Source of the DNA: Eledone cirrhosa
Lineage: Eukaryota
Direction: 5' to 3'
DNA length: 64,000 bases
Assembly (NCBI GenBank): GCA_964016885.1
Contig: OZ024742.1
Location: 221,278,001-221,342,000 of the forward strand
Shown here piece after piece: positions 1 through 13,920 of this stretch (its first letter is position 1; the number at the start of each line of letters is the position of its first letter). A program made the translations under genes and the position numbers. The notes beneath the pieces are model-generated. The model did not search any database and was not told the origin of the DNA. It saw only the letters and a list, made by a program, of their open reading frames with translations.

Positions 1-374
1 TTGCTGGCTTATTTTGGAGTTAGTAAAAATATCTTAAAGGTTTGTCCACTGCCCAGACACTCATCAAATGACTGCCAGTGCATTACAGAGTTAACCTCCA
101 GTTACTGTTAGTATTCATAGCTGAGCAGACTTGAGCAAGATAACATGAAATACCTTGCTTAAAGACTCAATGTCACCTGGTTTGGGAACTGAACTCAATC
201 TTTCGTCTAACCCATACTAGTCGAAAATTGGATATTAAATGGTGATGATGATGAACCTTACAACTGTCAGCCCAACACACTAAACAAAGTGTAATAATGG
301 CAACAGAAAAATAAAACCCAAACATCTGCTACCATACTTTTTATTGATTTAACTATTAGAACATTCACACATGG

Positions 375-685
375 CTTAGTGGTTAGAGCATTGGCCTTGC
401 AATCGAAAGGTTGTGAGTTCAATTCTCAGACTGGGTGATGTGTTGTTTCCTTGAGCAAGACACTTTATTTCACATTGCTCCAGTTTACTCAGCTGTAGAA
501 ATGAGATGATAGGGACTGGGGTCCTTATCATTCTACTGCAAAGTGGTCGTGGAGGTGCCATGGCAAAAAAGCACCCAGCACTCACTGTAAATGAGGTTGG
601 TGTTAGGAAGGGCATCCAGCATCAGTTCCCGTCCCACCCTTGCAAGCAGGGAAAAGCGGACGTAAAATAAAATGATGATGATGAT
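375..685 (+). mobile_element. tRNA-derived SINE with CORE-like body and RTE-type 3' tail ending in (GAT)n
   Basis: A-box-like TGGTTAGAGC, B-box-like GAGTTCAATTC, CCTTGAGCAAGACACTT core, GGAAGGGCATCCAGC segment, GGACGTAAAA..GATGATGAT tail; near-identical head at 53527-53657. Confidence 0.8.
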
Positions 686-3429
686 GACACAGAAACAAAC
701 ATACATACAGACTATATGTAAGACTCATTATACAACAAACAACCTGTATGTAAACAGACACATTTATGTAGAAATTTAACATTCTCCTCTGCCTCCTCAT
801 TGCATGCTTCATGAAAGGTTTCATACTCATCATGGGGTCCTTTTCGAGGCACGTTTTACAGTTGGATGCTCATCCTGGTGCCAACTCATTTAGTTGTCTT
901 TTATGACACAAGTGCGTTGTACCTATTTTATACTGAATACACACAGTGAGGCAAAGTTTTATGGCCAGATGCCCTTCCTGGTGCCAACCCACTTTTAGTC
1001 CCCTCTTACAATATGCAGGAATATGGTGTACCTGTTCTAAACCAGATACAGTTATATATAGAAAAAAAACAAAAAACAGGCATCTTCCAAGATTCACATG
1101 TCCTGCTGACATTTACACATTAAAATACTAACCGAGAAGGAAGAATTCATTCTTATTGTTTTTTCTTTCTTCTGGATTTTTTCATATCAAACCAAATACA
1201 TCACTGCTGATGAGAAGTTAATGAGGGAACCTGTATGTGTTTGAGATGTTTGACAAGTTAGAAATAGCAGCCAAATCTTCAAACCACACACTACTATCTT
1301 GGCTGTTTTGATATTAAACTGGCTGAAACCATCTCTGATTCTTCAATACTAAACCTTTAAAAGTGTTTTTATATTTATCTGAAAACTTTACCAGCATAAT
1401 AATGAGAAAGCTAATCATATTACTAAATTCCTCCAAATCCCAGATTACAGAGTTAACCTCCAGTTACTGTTAGTATTCATAGCTGATTCATAGCAATTAT
1501 TTGAAAATCATAAGCAGTGCCTTTTATTACAAATATGAAAGGGTTAAAATGTTTATATTTATCTGAAAACCTTGCACCATAATTTAATGTAAAAATGTTT
1601 GCATTGTTGGAACACGGACGTTAAACGTTGATGATGATTGTTCTCACCAGCATGATATGAGAAAGTTAGTTATATTATTAAATCAGTCCAAATTCTTATT
1701 TTCATAATTATTTTGTCATAGGCAGTATTTTTTATTACAAATATGCTGAAGTTAATAAAAAGGTTAATATGAAAAAGGATACATTGGTTAATGTGATTCT
1801 AGTCAAACTATATTCTTTTATTGGTTTCATGCTGGAGCACTGCTACAATAGGATTTAGTCAATCATATTGAACCCCAGTAATTTCAAGTCTGGTGCCTAT
1901 TTTATTGGTATGTTATCATAACACCTAGCTATGAGCCATAAAAACAGTAAACAAACACACATATATAACAGGCTTTTATACAGTTTCTGCCTACTAAATC
2001 CCACTCACAAGGCAATGGTCAACCTGAGGCTTTAGTAAGAGGCACATTGTAAAAAGAAAAGAGTAAAAAAAAAGGAAAAAGACAGGATTGTCAAGGTGGG
2101 AATTATATTTTTTAAATAAGGTATGTTTTATGAGAGCTAATTAAGTTAAACATGAAACAATCACAAGAATCTGTGTCAAGTTGATATTATAAATGTAACC
2201 TGTTGAGTTGCCAGAATAACACTAGACAAAGATGAATACATTAGTGCCTTCAATATTTCCCAGTACCCATGAGATCATTTATTTAAATACAATAGTACTA
2301 TATATAGCTTGTGTGACAATGCACATCTAATCATTGTTATATTTTTGTGTCTGCTGGCATGGGTTGGACAGGAATTTTTGAGGTAGGGTTTTATTGCTGG
2401 ACACCCTTCCTTACAAGCTCTTTCAGTTGCCTCTTCTGTCATAAAGGGATAGTGTATTCATTCTAAAATAATAATAATTATTATAAATATATATATGATC
2501 ATCATCATTTTACATCTGCTTTCCATGTTGAAATAGATGGGTCATTACCACCCGAGATTAGACTATGTTCACATGGATTGGATAGGTCAATGCCATCTGA
2601 GACTATACTGGTCAGAGAAACATCTCTTGACTTTTATGTTTCATATTTGGCATGGGTTTTACAGCTGGATGACTTTCTTAATCCCAACCACTTCACAGAG
2701 TTTACTGGGTGCATTTTGTGACACTACCACTAAAACTTTAAAGAGTTTATTGGTTGCATTTTATCATGGCAATAACAGCAGAGGTTGTCATGTCCATGAC
2801 AGGACCAAAGAGTCCCCTCCACACTATGGTGTTTTGGTTTGTACACCTACCATTGTGATACCAATACTAGAGACATTTTCTCATGCCTTGTACCCTGTTT
2901 ACTTTAGTATCCCAGTGTTTGTCTTTTGAATTATGACATATCCGCAGTTAAGTCCTATGTCATCACTTTCATAAAGTACAATTTCTTGAGGTCATTTCTC
3001 ATGACTGTCTTGTCTTCCCCTTCCACAGGGTTGATCTACTTGTTTGGCACTTTTTCATGCAACACTCTCCTAATAAATTAAATATACAAACCAGCTCAAT
3101 CACCTCTCTTGCACACTACATTGAAAACCTCTTCTATTCATACACACTAACATTACACATCTAGCAGAGCGTACATACAAGCTTCATTCCTTTCCAGCCA
3201 TCACAAATCTTTTTCTCTCAACAATTATTATTACATGCCTGTACCTTATGTTCTTGATGGGAATGTGTGTGGTTGGCAGTTTAGATGACTAAGTTGGAGA
3301 CAGTTGTGTACTTTATTGTAACCCTGAAAACACTTGATAACATTAATTTCAGCTTGGCACTATGTATTGTAAAGTGAATTGACACTTGTTACAGCATCAG
3401 ATTATATATCTCCATATTTGTTTTGGTTA

Positions 3430-3500
3430 TCTATGCTCTGAGTTCAAATTCCACTGAGGTCAACTTTGCCTTTCTTCCTTTCAGGATTGATAAAAAAGGC
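3430..3500 (+). mobile_element. SINE fragment, second family (related copies near 3790-3855 +, 9055-9140 -, 11085-11170 -)
   Basis: CTGAGTTCAAATTCC..GAGGTCAACTTTGCCTTTC..CCTTT..GATAA motif recurs on both strands. Confidence 0.65.
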
Positions 3501-4682
3501 AGAGGATTGGTGGAATTGTTAAAGAGCTAGTCAGAGGATGTTTTGGCTCTGAATATTCTAAGTTCAAATCCTGTCTCATGTCGCCGGAGAAGCAATGATG
3601 CTTCTGCCAGGAGTTGTGACCAGCAATGGAATGATTAACAGCAACATCATTTTCTTAGTTTGATCTGATGATCTGCTGCTTTCCTTTTTTTAGAGCATCA
3701 TACAAAGTTTTTTTGTAGCATTTAGCTATGGCCCTTTATATTCTTAGTTAAAATCCAGCCAAAGACAGTTGATTTGTCAATGTTGAGATATTTGTTTTGG
3801 CTCTCTGCACTCTGAGTTCAAATCATGCAATAGTCCTCATTAGTTTTTATCCTTTTGGTGTGGGTAGGGTTGAGGTCATTAGAGAAAATACCAGCTCTCA
3901 CTCCTTCCAGTTGTTACACATCCTGGATGTTCCTCTGTATCAAGAGGGAGAGCATCTATACAGACACTTAAAACTCTTAGTGAAAGCATGGTATATACTA
4001 CCATTTCATACCTGATTGTGAGTGATGGCTGTAGTGTTTTTGTTTTAATCCAATTGTGGACAATTTTGCCTTCCGCCCATCTGTCTCAAGTTGATAAAAT
4101 ACCAGTCAAGTATTGGGACCCGATTTAATCCTTCCTAGATGCGTGTGCGTGCCAATGTTAGAAATTAATATTATTAAAGGGGTCTATTTAGCAAGTAATT
4201 TGATCGGAGAGCATATGTTGAAACTAAAGCAATTACATTATGGTAGAATTATCTTAGCCATTCAAAACACACACTAAACTTGTTAAATTTACATCTATTA
4301 TTTATTTGTTGGAGTTAAAGTTTTTGTTGCACTGAGTTGCAATGAAACTGTGTCAGTGACACAAGGTCACAAATAACTGTAACAACTTTGCTTTATCAAA
4401 CACTGCACCTCAGAATTTATACACAAAGAGCTGCAATGGAATTGTGTCAGTGGCCAGGTCACAAACAGTGAGATGAAAATTTTAAAACCAGGAAATAAAT
4501 GAAGTGAATTTAAACCATTGTTTTTATAAATTGCTAAAGTGACTTTTCCACAATGTAATCACTATAATTGGAAGATTTTCAAAATTGCTGACATTTTCTC
4601 TTGTGATAAAACAATAATGAATGTTTCACAGTATAAATTAGAGTTGCAGGGATTTTTATTTTAACATATGGTGTGTTTGTTA

Positions 4683-7600
4683 CATCATCATCATCATCGT
4701 TTAACGTCTATCTTCCACGCTAGCATGGGTTTAGACGGGAATTGTCTCACTTGAGGCAAGATTGGTTGGGAGACCATGTCTCACTCGTATAGGACTGTCT
4801 GGCAAGTTTTCTACGGCTGGATGCCCTTCCTAACACCAACCACGTTTACAGTGTGGACTGGGAGGTTTTTACCGTGTTACCTACACGGCCACATTACAGC
4901 TTGGACTGTGTGTTTTTTTGTTGTGACACCTACACGACCTCATTTATTTAGGACTGGATGTTGTGGCACCAACATAACTTTACAGAGAGGAGGTGGTGTT
5001 GGTGGGAGTGGGGGGTGGAGTATGGGTAGTGGGATGGGGTGTATTTTTGGTTAGGAGGTGCCTACTGACTGTAGGTTTCGCTATGTACATAGGCATAGTG
5101 GGGCTTCTGTATTACTGTGTAGCGCCAAAGATCTCGGTCCAGTGACATTGTCTTGGAGAGGTGTAAGCGTGTAAGGTCGGAATTTATCAAATCATCCCAG
5201 GTTTTTCTGGGTCTACCTACTCCGTAACTTCCATCAATTTTGATCGCCCTGCACTTTTTTATATAACTGTCGTCTTTCATGCGCATCATGTGACCATACC
5301 AACGTAGTCTTCTCTCGAGTAAACAGCATCTGATCCCTCTTATTCCTAATTTATGCTTTGCCATTAACGTATATTACTATTACACATCCAACGGAGCATG
5401 CATCCTTCATTCCTCTACAGTCTGCCCATGTCTCACTGCCATGTAACATTGTTGTTCGTATGCATGCATCATACAACCTGCTTTTCATTTTTAAAGAGAA
5501 ACCTTTAGTGGCCAATAGTGGTATAAGCTCTCTGAACTTTTTCCATCCCGTTCTGCCTCTGGCTATTGTACTTTCAGAGCACCCTCCACCACTGTTGGTT
5601 TTGTCACCCAGGTAACCACTATTTCTATAGAACCATTTGGGCAATAGAAGGAGCTAGTATCTTGTGGGCACTTGATAATTATTGCACCTGAGCATCGGCC
5701 ACATATAAAATCTACGTTCTTAGATAGCTTACCTGTGATCCCACTACATTTGGGACATAAAATGGAATTTCTGCCTACTCCTTTCCTACACACTGAGCAT
5801 GGCAATTTTCCAGAGGAGAGCTGTGCCCTATTTTCCTTTCTACATACAAGTTAACTTTAAGGCCCTTTTGATTCTAGGCCATGCTTCCATGTTTGGAATT
5901 TCTTCTCTAGTTCAGCCATCGATTCAGCTATGAGAGTTAGATCATCAGCGTATAGAAGTTCCCATTGGCAGCCGGTCATGAACTCTTCTGTTATAGCCTG
6001 AAGGGCAATAATAAATAGGAGGGGGCTAAGAACAGAGCCTTGATAAACACCAACTTTTACGCTAAATTCTTCAGTATATTTGTTGTTAATTCTACCCTTA
6101 CTGACTGTTTCTTTATACATGACTTATATAGCTCTCACAAGCCATTCATCTACACCTAGTTTTCTAAGAGCCCACCAGATAATGGAGCGGGGGACTCTGT
6201 CAAAAGCTTTCTCCAAGTCAACAAAAGTTAAGTAGAGGGGTTTACTTTTAGCTAGGTACTTCTGTAGTTGTCGTACAAGGAAAAGAGCGTCTGTGGTATT
6301 TTTACCTGACAAGCCCAAACTGTATTTCATCTAGATCAATTCGCTCTCTGATTAGTTGCGCTATAACTCTTTCTGTGACCTTCATGACCTGCTCAACTAA
6401 TTTAATGCCTCTGTAGTTTCCCCTATCTAGAGCATCTCCTTTACACTTGTAGCAGTTAATGATGATGCTGCTACGCCAGTCATTTGGTATGACCCCATTC
6501 TGTATTACTTGGTTTACTATCCGAGTGACCATAGTGTGTCCCACCATTCCAGCAACTATCTCCGAAGGCCCAGCTACCTTGCCTGTCTTCATATCTTTGA
6601 TTGCCTTACTTATTATACTACCTTTAACTTGCACCGCTGGTCCCTCTATTGGATCGATTTGAGGCAGACAATCTTTTTCCCATTTATTCTCCTCATTTAG
6701 TAGTCTCTCGTAGTGACACTTCCAAGCTACCTTCTTATCAGCATCAGTGATGGCAAGTACACCATCATCATTACGGACACACTTCTCCAACAATATCACT
6801 GTTTTCCTTCACACATTGTCTTGCAATCCTGAACACCTCCCGTTTTTGGTCCTCCCGTCGTAGAACATGCTTGAACTTTCTTTCCTCTGCTTCCCTTCTT
6901 GCAAAGTACACTTGTCTCCTAGCTTCTCTCTGGCCACTTGATAGTGTTCTCTACTTCCCCCATGCTTTCCAAGCCTGCCTTTTGGCCTTTATTGACTCCT
7001 CCACCTTACTGTTCCACCACCAAGTTACTCTACTCCTGCCTATAGGTCTGCTCCAGCCACAGATTTCATCTGTTGCCTTCAGCAGGTTAACTTTCAGGAA
7101 TTCCCACTGTTCCTCTATATTGAACGTCTGTAATTGCTCTTCCTTACTGTCAAAAGCATCAAGTAATATGCTTTTAAATTTGTTACTGGCTGTGGGGTCC
7201 TTTAACTTCCATATTCTTCTCCTCAGGGTAGTCCTCCTCTGTTGTCGAGTACGTCTAGTCCTGATTATGAGGTCACTAACTATGAGGCGATGTTGGGAGG
7301 GATTTAGTGTTTACAACCGACACTTTGTCACGTCTTCTGGTAAGGATATAATCTATCTGGCTGGCGTGTTCCCTTGATCTATAGGTGATCAAGTGATTGT
7401 CTCGTTTTTTGAAGTTTGTGTTACAGATAGTTAGGTTATTAGCATCACAGAAGTCCAGGATTCTGAAGCCTTCCTCATTTCTAGTACCAAACCCATAGCC
7501 TCCATGGATTCTGTCATAGCCGTCACAATGTTGTCCAACATGACCATTTAGGTTGCCAGCAATAATTATGTAGTCAGTCGGTTATTTGGGAGGTAGTGAA

Positions 7601-7980
7601 CATTAGCAACTCATAGAATCTGTCTTTTATAACGCCAGGTAGTCCAGATTGGGGTGCATAAGCGGATATTATTGTCACAGTAGTTCTATTTAGGACAAGT
7701 CTTATTTTCATTATTCTGTCGTTCACTCTATTTACGGCAATTACCTTATCTACCCATTTTTCTGCTAATATAATTCCTACTCCACCCAGTCCATTGTCAT
7801 TTCCCACCCAGAAAAGTTTATAGCATCGTTTTTTACCCACAATGAATCTAGCAGACCCACCCCTCCACCTCGTCTCTTGAACACAACAAACATCAACTTC
7901 CTTATGTTCAAGCATCTCTACAACCTCATTTGAGCGATCTTTTAAAGTGCCTACATTCATGGTACCAACTCTGAAGTTTG
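4683..7980 (-). mobile_element. Degenerate near full-length RTE-like LINE (APE + RT with internal PHD finger)
   Basis: APE N-terminus NVGTL/CVQETRW (7574-7960); RT motifs FVDLEKAFD, QGSVLSPLLF, YADD; C-terminal RLRWYGH/GRPRKTW; many frameshifts; 3' (GAT)n tail at 4683. Confidence 0.92.
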
Positions 7981-9629
7981 GGATGTATAAGTGTACTCAA
8001 CACAGGTTGATGAAGGTATGTGTAGATTCTGATGTGTGTATGAATTGAACTGAAAATCAATGCATTCACCATAAAGTTGTTCTATACAGTATAGAAAGAA
8101 TGCTTGTATGAGAATCTTCCCAAAATAAGATCAGCAAATACTGACTCCATCTATCAGGATATTGTATATGATATACAGAAGAGAAAACTTCAAAGCTGTT
8201 CCTGTGGGATCTATGACATCACATGAAAAAGCATGATGGATGTCACGTCACACTGTAAAGTGGTTGGTATTGCGAAGGACATCCAGTTGTACAAACCATG
8301 TCCAAAACGGTCTAACTCCATGAAGTGACAACCCATCTAACCCATGCAGGCATGGAAAAAAGACATTAAGTGCCGCTTTTCTCAAGTTTTATGCAGAAAG
8401 GGTGCCCCCATTGTCCCTACCCCCATTTTCTGGGGGAAATGTTCTTTGCGACATGTTTGGAGGTCAGATTAGTTGATAGCACACGGAAAAAAAAAGAGCA
8501 ACAATAATTATTTTCCACGGAAATCAAGGAGAGGTGTTCTATAAATTTACAAAAAAAAAAGAAAAGAAAAAGTGCCCCAACATGGCCTGAGCCTGTTACC
8601 TGGAACACAATACATTAATCATCATTTAACCTCTGCTGTCCCAGATAGAATACAGTAACAAATGTTAACTAGGACTAGTTCCTCAATAGACCACGCTTTT
8701 GTGGTAATTCCTGGGAGAATCTCACTAATTCCAGATTACTTTTGTAGCCTGGTATTGAAAGTGCCCTCTCCAGATCTCTTTCCTCTTGTTTAAAGAAAAA
8801 AAGCGCAATCAGAGTAAGCCTATTTGGTCACGTCAATCTCGCCACTCTTACCAGTCTTTCATAAAATACACTAGAAGACAGTACCTTCTTCCCTGCTTTC
8901 ACTCTCCTAATAATAAATAAAACAAAAATCAACATTTCAATCTAAACCCAATTTGTTTATACAACACATTGCATATCGTACAATAGTTTCTGATTTAGGC
9001 ACAAGGCCAACACATTGGGGGGGGGGGGGGGGGGGGGGGGCGGCGGCGATTAAATCGTTACTGGCACTTTATTTTATCGACTCCGTAAGAATGAAAAGCA
9101 ATGCTAACCTCGACGGAATTTAAACTCAGAACGTAAAGGGAAGTCTATATGCCACAAGGATGTCCGACGAGTGAATTTTCTCTTCCACTGGAAGCATCAC
9201 TTGAGACAACTAGTATAGTGTCAACTACTCCGATTTTATTTCCTCGTAACTTTCAAAATAATACGTAATATTTTCATAACATTTTGCAGATACGTTTTAC
9301 AAGAAGTTGTTTCGGATCGTGTCGATGAAATTGTTAAAAAACGAACAGGTGTTTCTCCAGAACAGCACCCCCACCCCACCCCATGATAAATTAATATAAA
9401 TAAGGCAATAATATAATCGAGACTAATTTATTTCAAATAAGGTTCGGTGTTAGCTCACTTATTTGAGGCCAGATTGACAGACATATAAACAAAAAAACAA
9501 GAATTAACCCTAATTTGAAATAAATTAGCTCGTATTATATTGTTGTCTTATATTAATTTATCATGGAGAGTTAGGGGACTATTTTGGAGAAGCACCAAAA
9601 ATTGCTGAAGGAAAGGGTAGAATACTCAC

Positions 9630-9798
9630 CGAGAATAGCTAAATGGTCAAAATGTGGGTTGTGGGCTCCGTTCTTGAAGTGTTCGTCAAAATAGTGATCA
9701 TGCGAAGCGTGTTTCACAGTTTCGGGTTCCGTTCTCACCAGAACTGAAAGAAACAGTCCGGTAAGAACGAATATTAGTAGTGTTGTTTTGCTGGTCAT
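9630..9798 (-). CDS. First coding exon of a CREC-family secretory EF-hand protein (reticulocalbin-2/calumenin-like)
   Basis: ATG at 9798; hydrophobic signal peptide MTSKTTLLIFVLTGLFLSVLVRT; His-rich EHFKNGAHNPHFDHLAIL(G) resembles the CREC N-terminal H..(F/Y)DH.A(I/F)LG motif; ends at a phase-1 donor G|gtgagt (9630/9629). EF-hand exons not found in the window. Confidence 0.72.
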
Positions 9799-9890
9799 GT
9801 TGGAAGTGATCACCTTGGTGGTAACTGGGTCTTCTTACTCGGAGATAATCCTCTCGAGAATGATGCTCAACGGATATAGTATTTCTGAAA
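9799..9890 (-). other. Probable 5' UTR part of the same exon with upstream splice acceptor
   Basis: Minus strand tttctaatcattgtcatttcag|AAATAC; AG at 9886-9885, so the exon would start at 9884. Confidence 0.45.
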
Positions 9891-10407
9891 TGACAATGAT
9901 TAGAAATTCTTAGATTGTGTCTGATGATATTACTACTAGTAGTAAAATTGGTGTGAGTGTGAATGAATGGATACCATATAAGAATGTGTTAAAATAACAA
10001 GAAATACCGACAAATACATACATAGATGAGTGATGGTCTTTTTAAAAAGAAAATTGTGTGTGAGCGAGTGACTGCGTGTTTGTGAATAAGGGTCGGAAAT
10101 TTAGATTAAAAAACGGGGAAAATATATTTTTAGTTTGAGTTACACACACGTACATACACACACACATATATATATATACAATGATATTAAATAAATGGAA
10201 ACTATATTTATAAACCATATTTATAAATATAAATATAGTTTCCATTTATTTAATATCATTGCATATTATACTCCAGAAAACTTGTTGAGTGCTCTGAATC
10301 AGTTATAAACATTTATATTTGTTGAATTACCAACAAATTGAATATCCCTTCTGCCTATATATATCATCATCATCACCGTTTTACGTCCGTTCTTCCATGC
10401 TAGAATG

Positions 10408-10468
<61 letters not shown>

Positions 10469-10794
10469 TATACACACACACACAACAGCCCAATTAGTAA
10501 AGTGACAACTATAATATTACTAACAAAACCAGACAACGCAGTAGCCTCAACCTAACTTGCTAGCTAGAAACAATAGCTAAATACACCTAAAATCATATTC
10601 CAGCGTTGTAGGAATGAAAGACGCGTTACAAGATAATATAGTTCTAGGTATGTTGCGCCTAAATAAACAGCCGTAGGTGTGCTCGATTAGGGCTGACCTG
10701 GGGCCAAACATCGAATACAAGAAACTTCTATGTAGTCTTTCGACTGTTAGAAATAGTAGCCCAATCGCCTCCTGGTATCATCTCTCTCTCTCTT

Positions 10795-10842
<48 letters not shown>

Positions 10843-11603
10843 TGGATGGTCATATTTGGAAGTACGGCCATTAAAATATAACTTATTTATGTGAGTAATG
10901 TTTTTATTTAACACCTTAAATTGTATTTGTTTCTATATGTATATATGTATTAAAGCCTGGTTAGTTTCATAATTGGTATATATTTCTATATATCGTTTAA
11001 AACTATTATATATATATATATAATATATAAGGAAGGACACATTGGACAATATTATATATTTGTTAATAATTGTTTCTACTTTTGGCACAAGGCCAGCAAT
11101 TACCCAGTGCATTACTGGTACTTTATTCTATCGACCCCGGAAGGATGAAAGGCAAAGTTAACCTCGGCGGGATATATATTTGTTAATAATAGTGGCTGCT
11201 TGTTTCGAAATCTCGCTGAAGCGATTGGCTTTTCAAAACACTGAATCTATAAACATTACATGGATCCTTCATTCAGTGAATGTTTCTGTGTTTATTATAC
11301 AAACACAAAACACGTGTGTGTGTGTGTGTGTGTGTGTATGTATATATATGTATATATATGTATATATATATACATAAGTATATCGATGGAAAAATCAATT
11401 TCTATCATTTAAAAAAAAGAAACTATTTCCTTACACATGTTTTATATAGATTGATTCTATAAACATTACGAATGTTTTTTTTATTCAGAGCATGTTTAGT
11501 GTGTATATAACAGGAACCGATAAAACAAGCATTATATACAGATATATGTATATATGTGTATACATATGGATATACACATGTGTATATATATATATGTATA
11601 TGT

Positions 11604-11637
<34 letters not shown>

Positions 11638-11638
11638 A

Positions 11639-11737
11639 CAAGGTGTCCCCCCAAAATGTATACACACTTCAACAGCATTCTAATAAATATTGCCTGTACA
11701 GGTAATTAAAGTGTGTATACATTTTTTTGACACCCTG
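11639..11737. mobile_element. ~100-bp Tc1/mariner-type MITE
   Basis: TIRs CAAGGTGTCCCCCAAAATGTATACACACTT / AAGTGTGTATACATTTTTTTGACACCCTG in a TA-repeat context. Confidence 0.75.
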
Positions 11738-12089
11738 TGTATATATACACACACATATATGTGTATGTGTGTATATAAAGACGCTGATTACATCTGCAGC
11801 GTTTTTGCAAGATCTCTAGATCTGGTCAAATAATGGTTGACCTGGGGCTAAACGACAGCAACACCATCACTAATAAAATAAAATAAAACAAAAAAGGCAG
11901 ATATGGTCAAGGTTAAAAACCTTCTTCGTCATAGAGCCGGTCTCTATCATAACATACAGGAGGGTTAGGGTTAAGTTAGGTGTATAAAAACTTAACTTAC
12001 AAATCTGTACATAAAACAAGCAAAGGAGAGACACATTTGTAATTTATACCAGCAGCATGTAATAACAATAAAAATAATGAACATATTAT

Positions 12090-12270
12090 AACAATTATTA
12101 CCTTAAATCAATCGGTCTATTGAACAGCAGCTGCTGCGACTGTGATTAATTAACAAAATGAGTAAAATATAGCTAAGCTGAATATATAGCGTGTTAAATT
12201 ACAGAAAAATGCAAACAAACACCCATCAAAGTAGTAAAGATCAACGCCCGGCGCGGCGGCGCTGAATTAT
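12090..12270 (-). promoter_or_regulatory. Possible promoter / non-coding first exon of the CREC-like gene
   Basis: CpG cluster CGCCCGGCGCGGCGGCGC (~12245) in otherwise CpG-poor DNA; possible donor AAG|gtaata near 12101; visibly more CpG across about 8.8-12.8 kb. Confidence 0.25.
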
Positions 12271-13049
12271 GTATGTATGTATATGTATGTGTGTGTATAT
12301 ATTTAAGAATGTGTATCTATGTATGTGTGTGTGAGAGTGTTCAGTGGTTTTTATCCAATCAGACTCGACCACGACATCCCAGGCTCCTATAGTCGTTTAA
12401 ACGAGATGGAATACTAACAGTACGTGGTTTCCATAGATCTACTAGAAATAGCAGCCAAATTCTTGTTAAACCACACTCCACCTGTTTCAATAAAAAAAAA
12501 CAAAAAAAAACAAAACAAAAAAAAAAAAACGTAGGGGAGATACAATTTGGTTATTAGTACTGATTCATTTTTTTTCTGTCATTAAACTTTTTTTTTTTAC
12601 TGTTTTCAGTCATTAGATTGCGGTCATGTTGGGCATCACTTCGAACGGAAATTAGTTTATCATATCGACCCCAGTACTAACTATATATCTTTGAAGTCTG
12701 GTATTTTTTTTTATATCGATATCTTTTTATCGAACTGCTAAGTTACAAGACATAAACAATAAGCGCAACCCCCACCCCGCACTCCGCGCCCCCACGTACT
12801 AAATCATAAAACCCTACCGACTAAAAAAAAAAAAAAATTGCTAGAAACAGCAATCAAATCATTAATCAAACACCTGCGTCACAATTTTGATGAACAGACA
12901 AACTCTTCGATTCTGTGCTGGATGTTCATGTTAAGAGCGGGCTGAGCTGTTAAGTGAACACCATCTAGTTATATGCAACCTGACACTACCTAAGGCCAAG
13001 AAAACCCGGCTCAACCTACAGGATAAAGTGGGAAGTGCTGGTAGATAAC

Positions 13050-13640
13050 GAAGTCAGAACTGATATGTGGATACTATTGCATCCAATTTCAGAGAGTTTC
13101 TTGAGCAAACCGAAGACATTGAAACGGAGTGGAGACTGTGTAGCTTAGCAGTTTCTGCCTTAGCTGTTAAATGCTGCAGGCAAAAGTGGGTTGATGTGGC
13201 GCTGGGTGGCAGGAGGACCCCTTTTATTAAGTGCAAGAATTGTAGGAGCTGGTGCAGTAATACACCAGCTTCAGTATTCAGTCATCAGAAGAAAAGAGGT
13301 AGGTGTAAAAAATCAAACTTGCTATCTCCATCATGAATCTTGGGTAATGACTGAAAGAATACAATTGCTAATACAAGCAGTTGAAATAGGGTTCTTCTAA
13401 AGAGTCATTGGAGTAATGTTATTTGTTATAGTGCATAGCTCAGAGATCAAAGAGTTGCTACTTCTTCGAATTAAGAGAGCACAGTTCCAATACTATGGAA
13501 TTGTGGTTTGAATGTTTAAGGAAAGAATCGTTGGACATATTTTATGGGCAAAACCAACTGGCAGAAAACCCAGAGGTAGACTCGGAGCTAGTTAGTTGGA
13601 TAACATCTTGGCTGGTCTCACTTGGGGATTCAGCTAGATC
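13050..13640 (+). mobile_element. Internally deleted RTE LINE fragment (same family as 18030, 28875, 30212, 42030)
   Basis: DIETEW..CCRQK and ESWVMTERIQLLIQAVEIGF remnants; nucleotide similarity to the other copies. Confidence 0.7.
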
Positions 13641-13920
13641 TATATATATATACAAAAGTATTAATGGAAAATCAATCTTCTTTCATCAAAGAATAGTATT
13701 TATTCTCTTACAGTTGTTTCAAATGAGATATGACCTTAACTTATTAAAATGTTGTTGCTGAATTCATCGTCCATCCATAGAAATAAATGTGTTTATAAGA
13801 TCACAACTCATTCTCTTCTGAGAACAAAAGATAGTCATTGGTGGAGTTTTATCACTGAAAAAATTTGATTAATTCTCTACTCTCCTTTGTGAATCAATAA
13901 TATAATTCTAATTTTGATAT

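Noticed and set aside
375-440. tRNA gene
   Set aside because: No acceptor stem; continues into a SINE body
1132-1230. Candidate next exon of the CREC-like gene (minus strand, cag|GTTCC...CG|gttagt)
   Set aside because: In-frame stop after ~14 codons in the required phase and no similarity to the expected sequence
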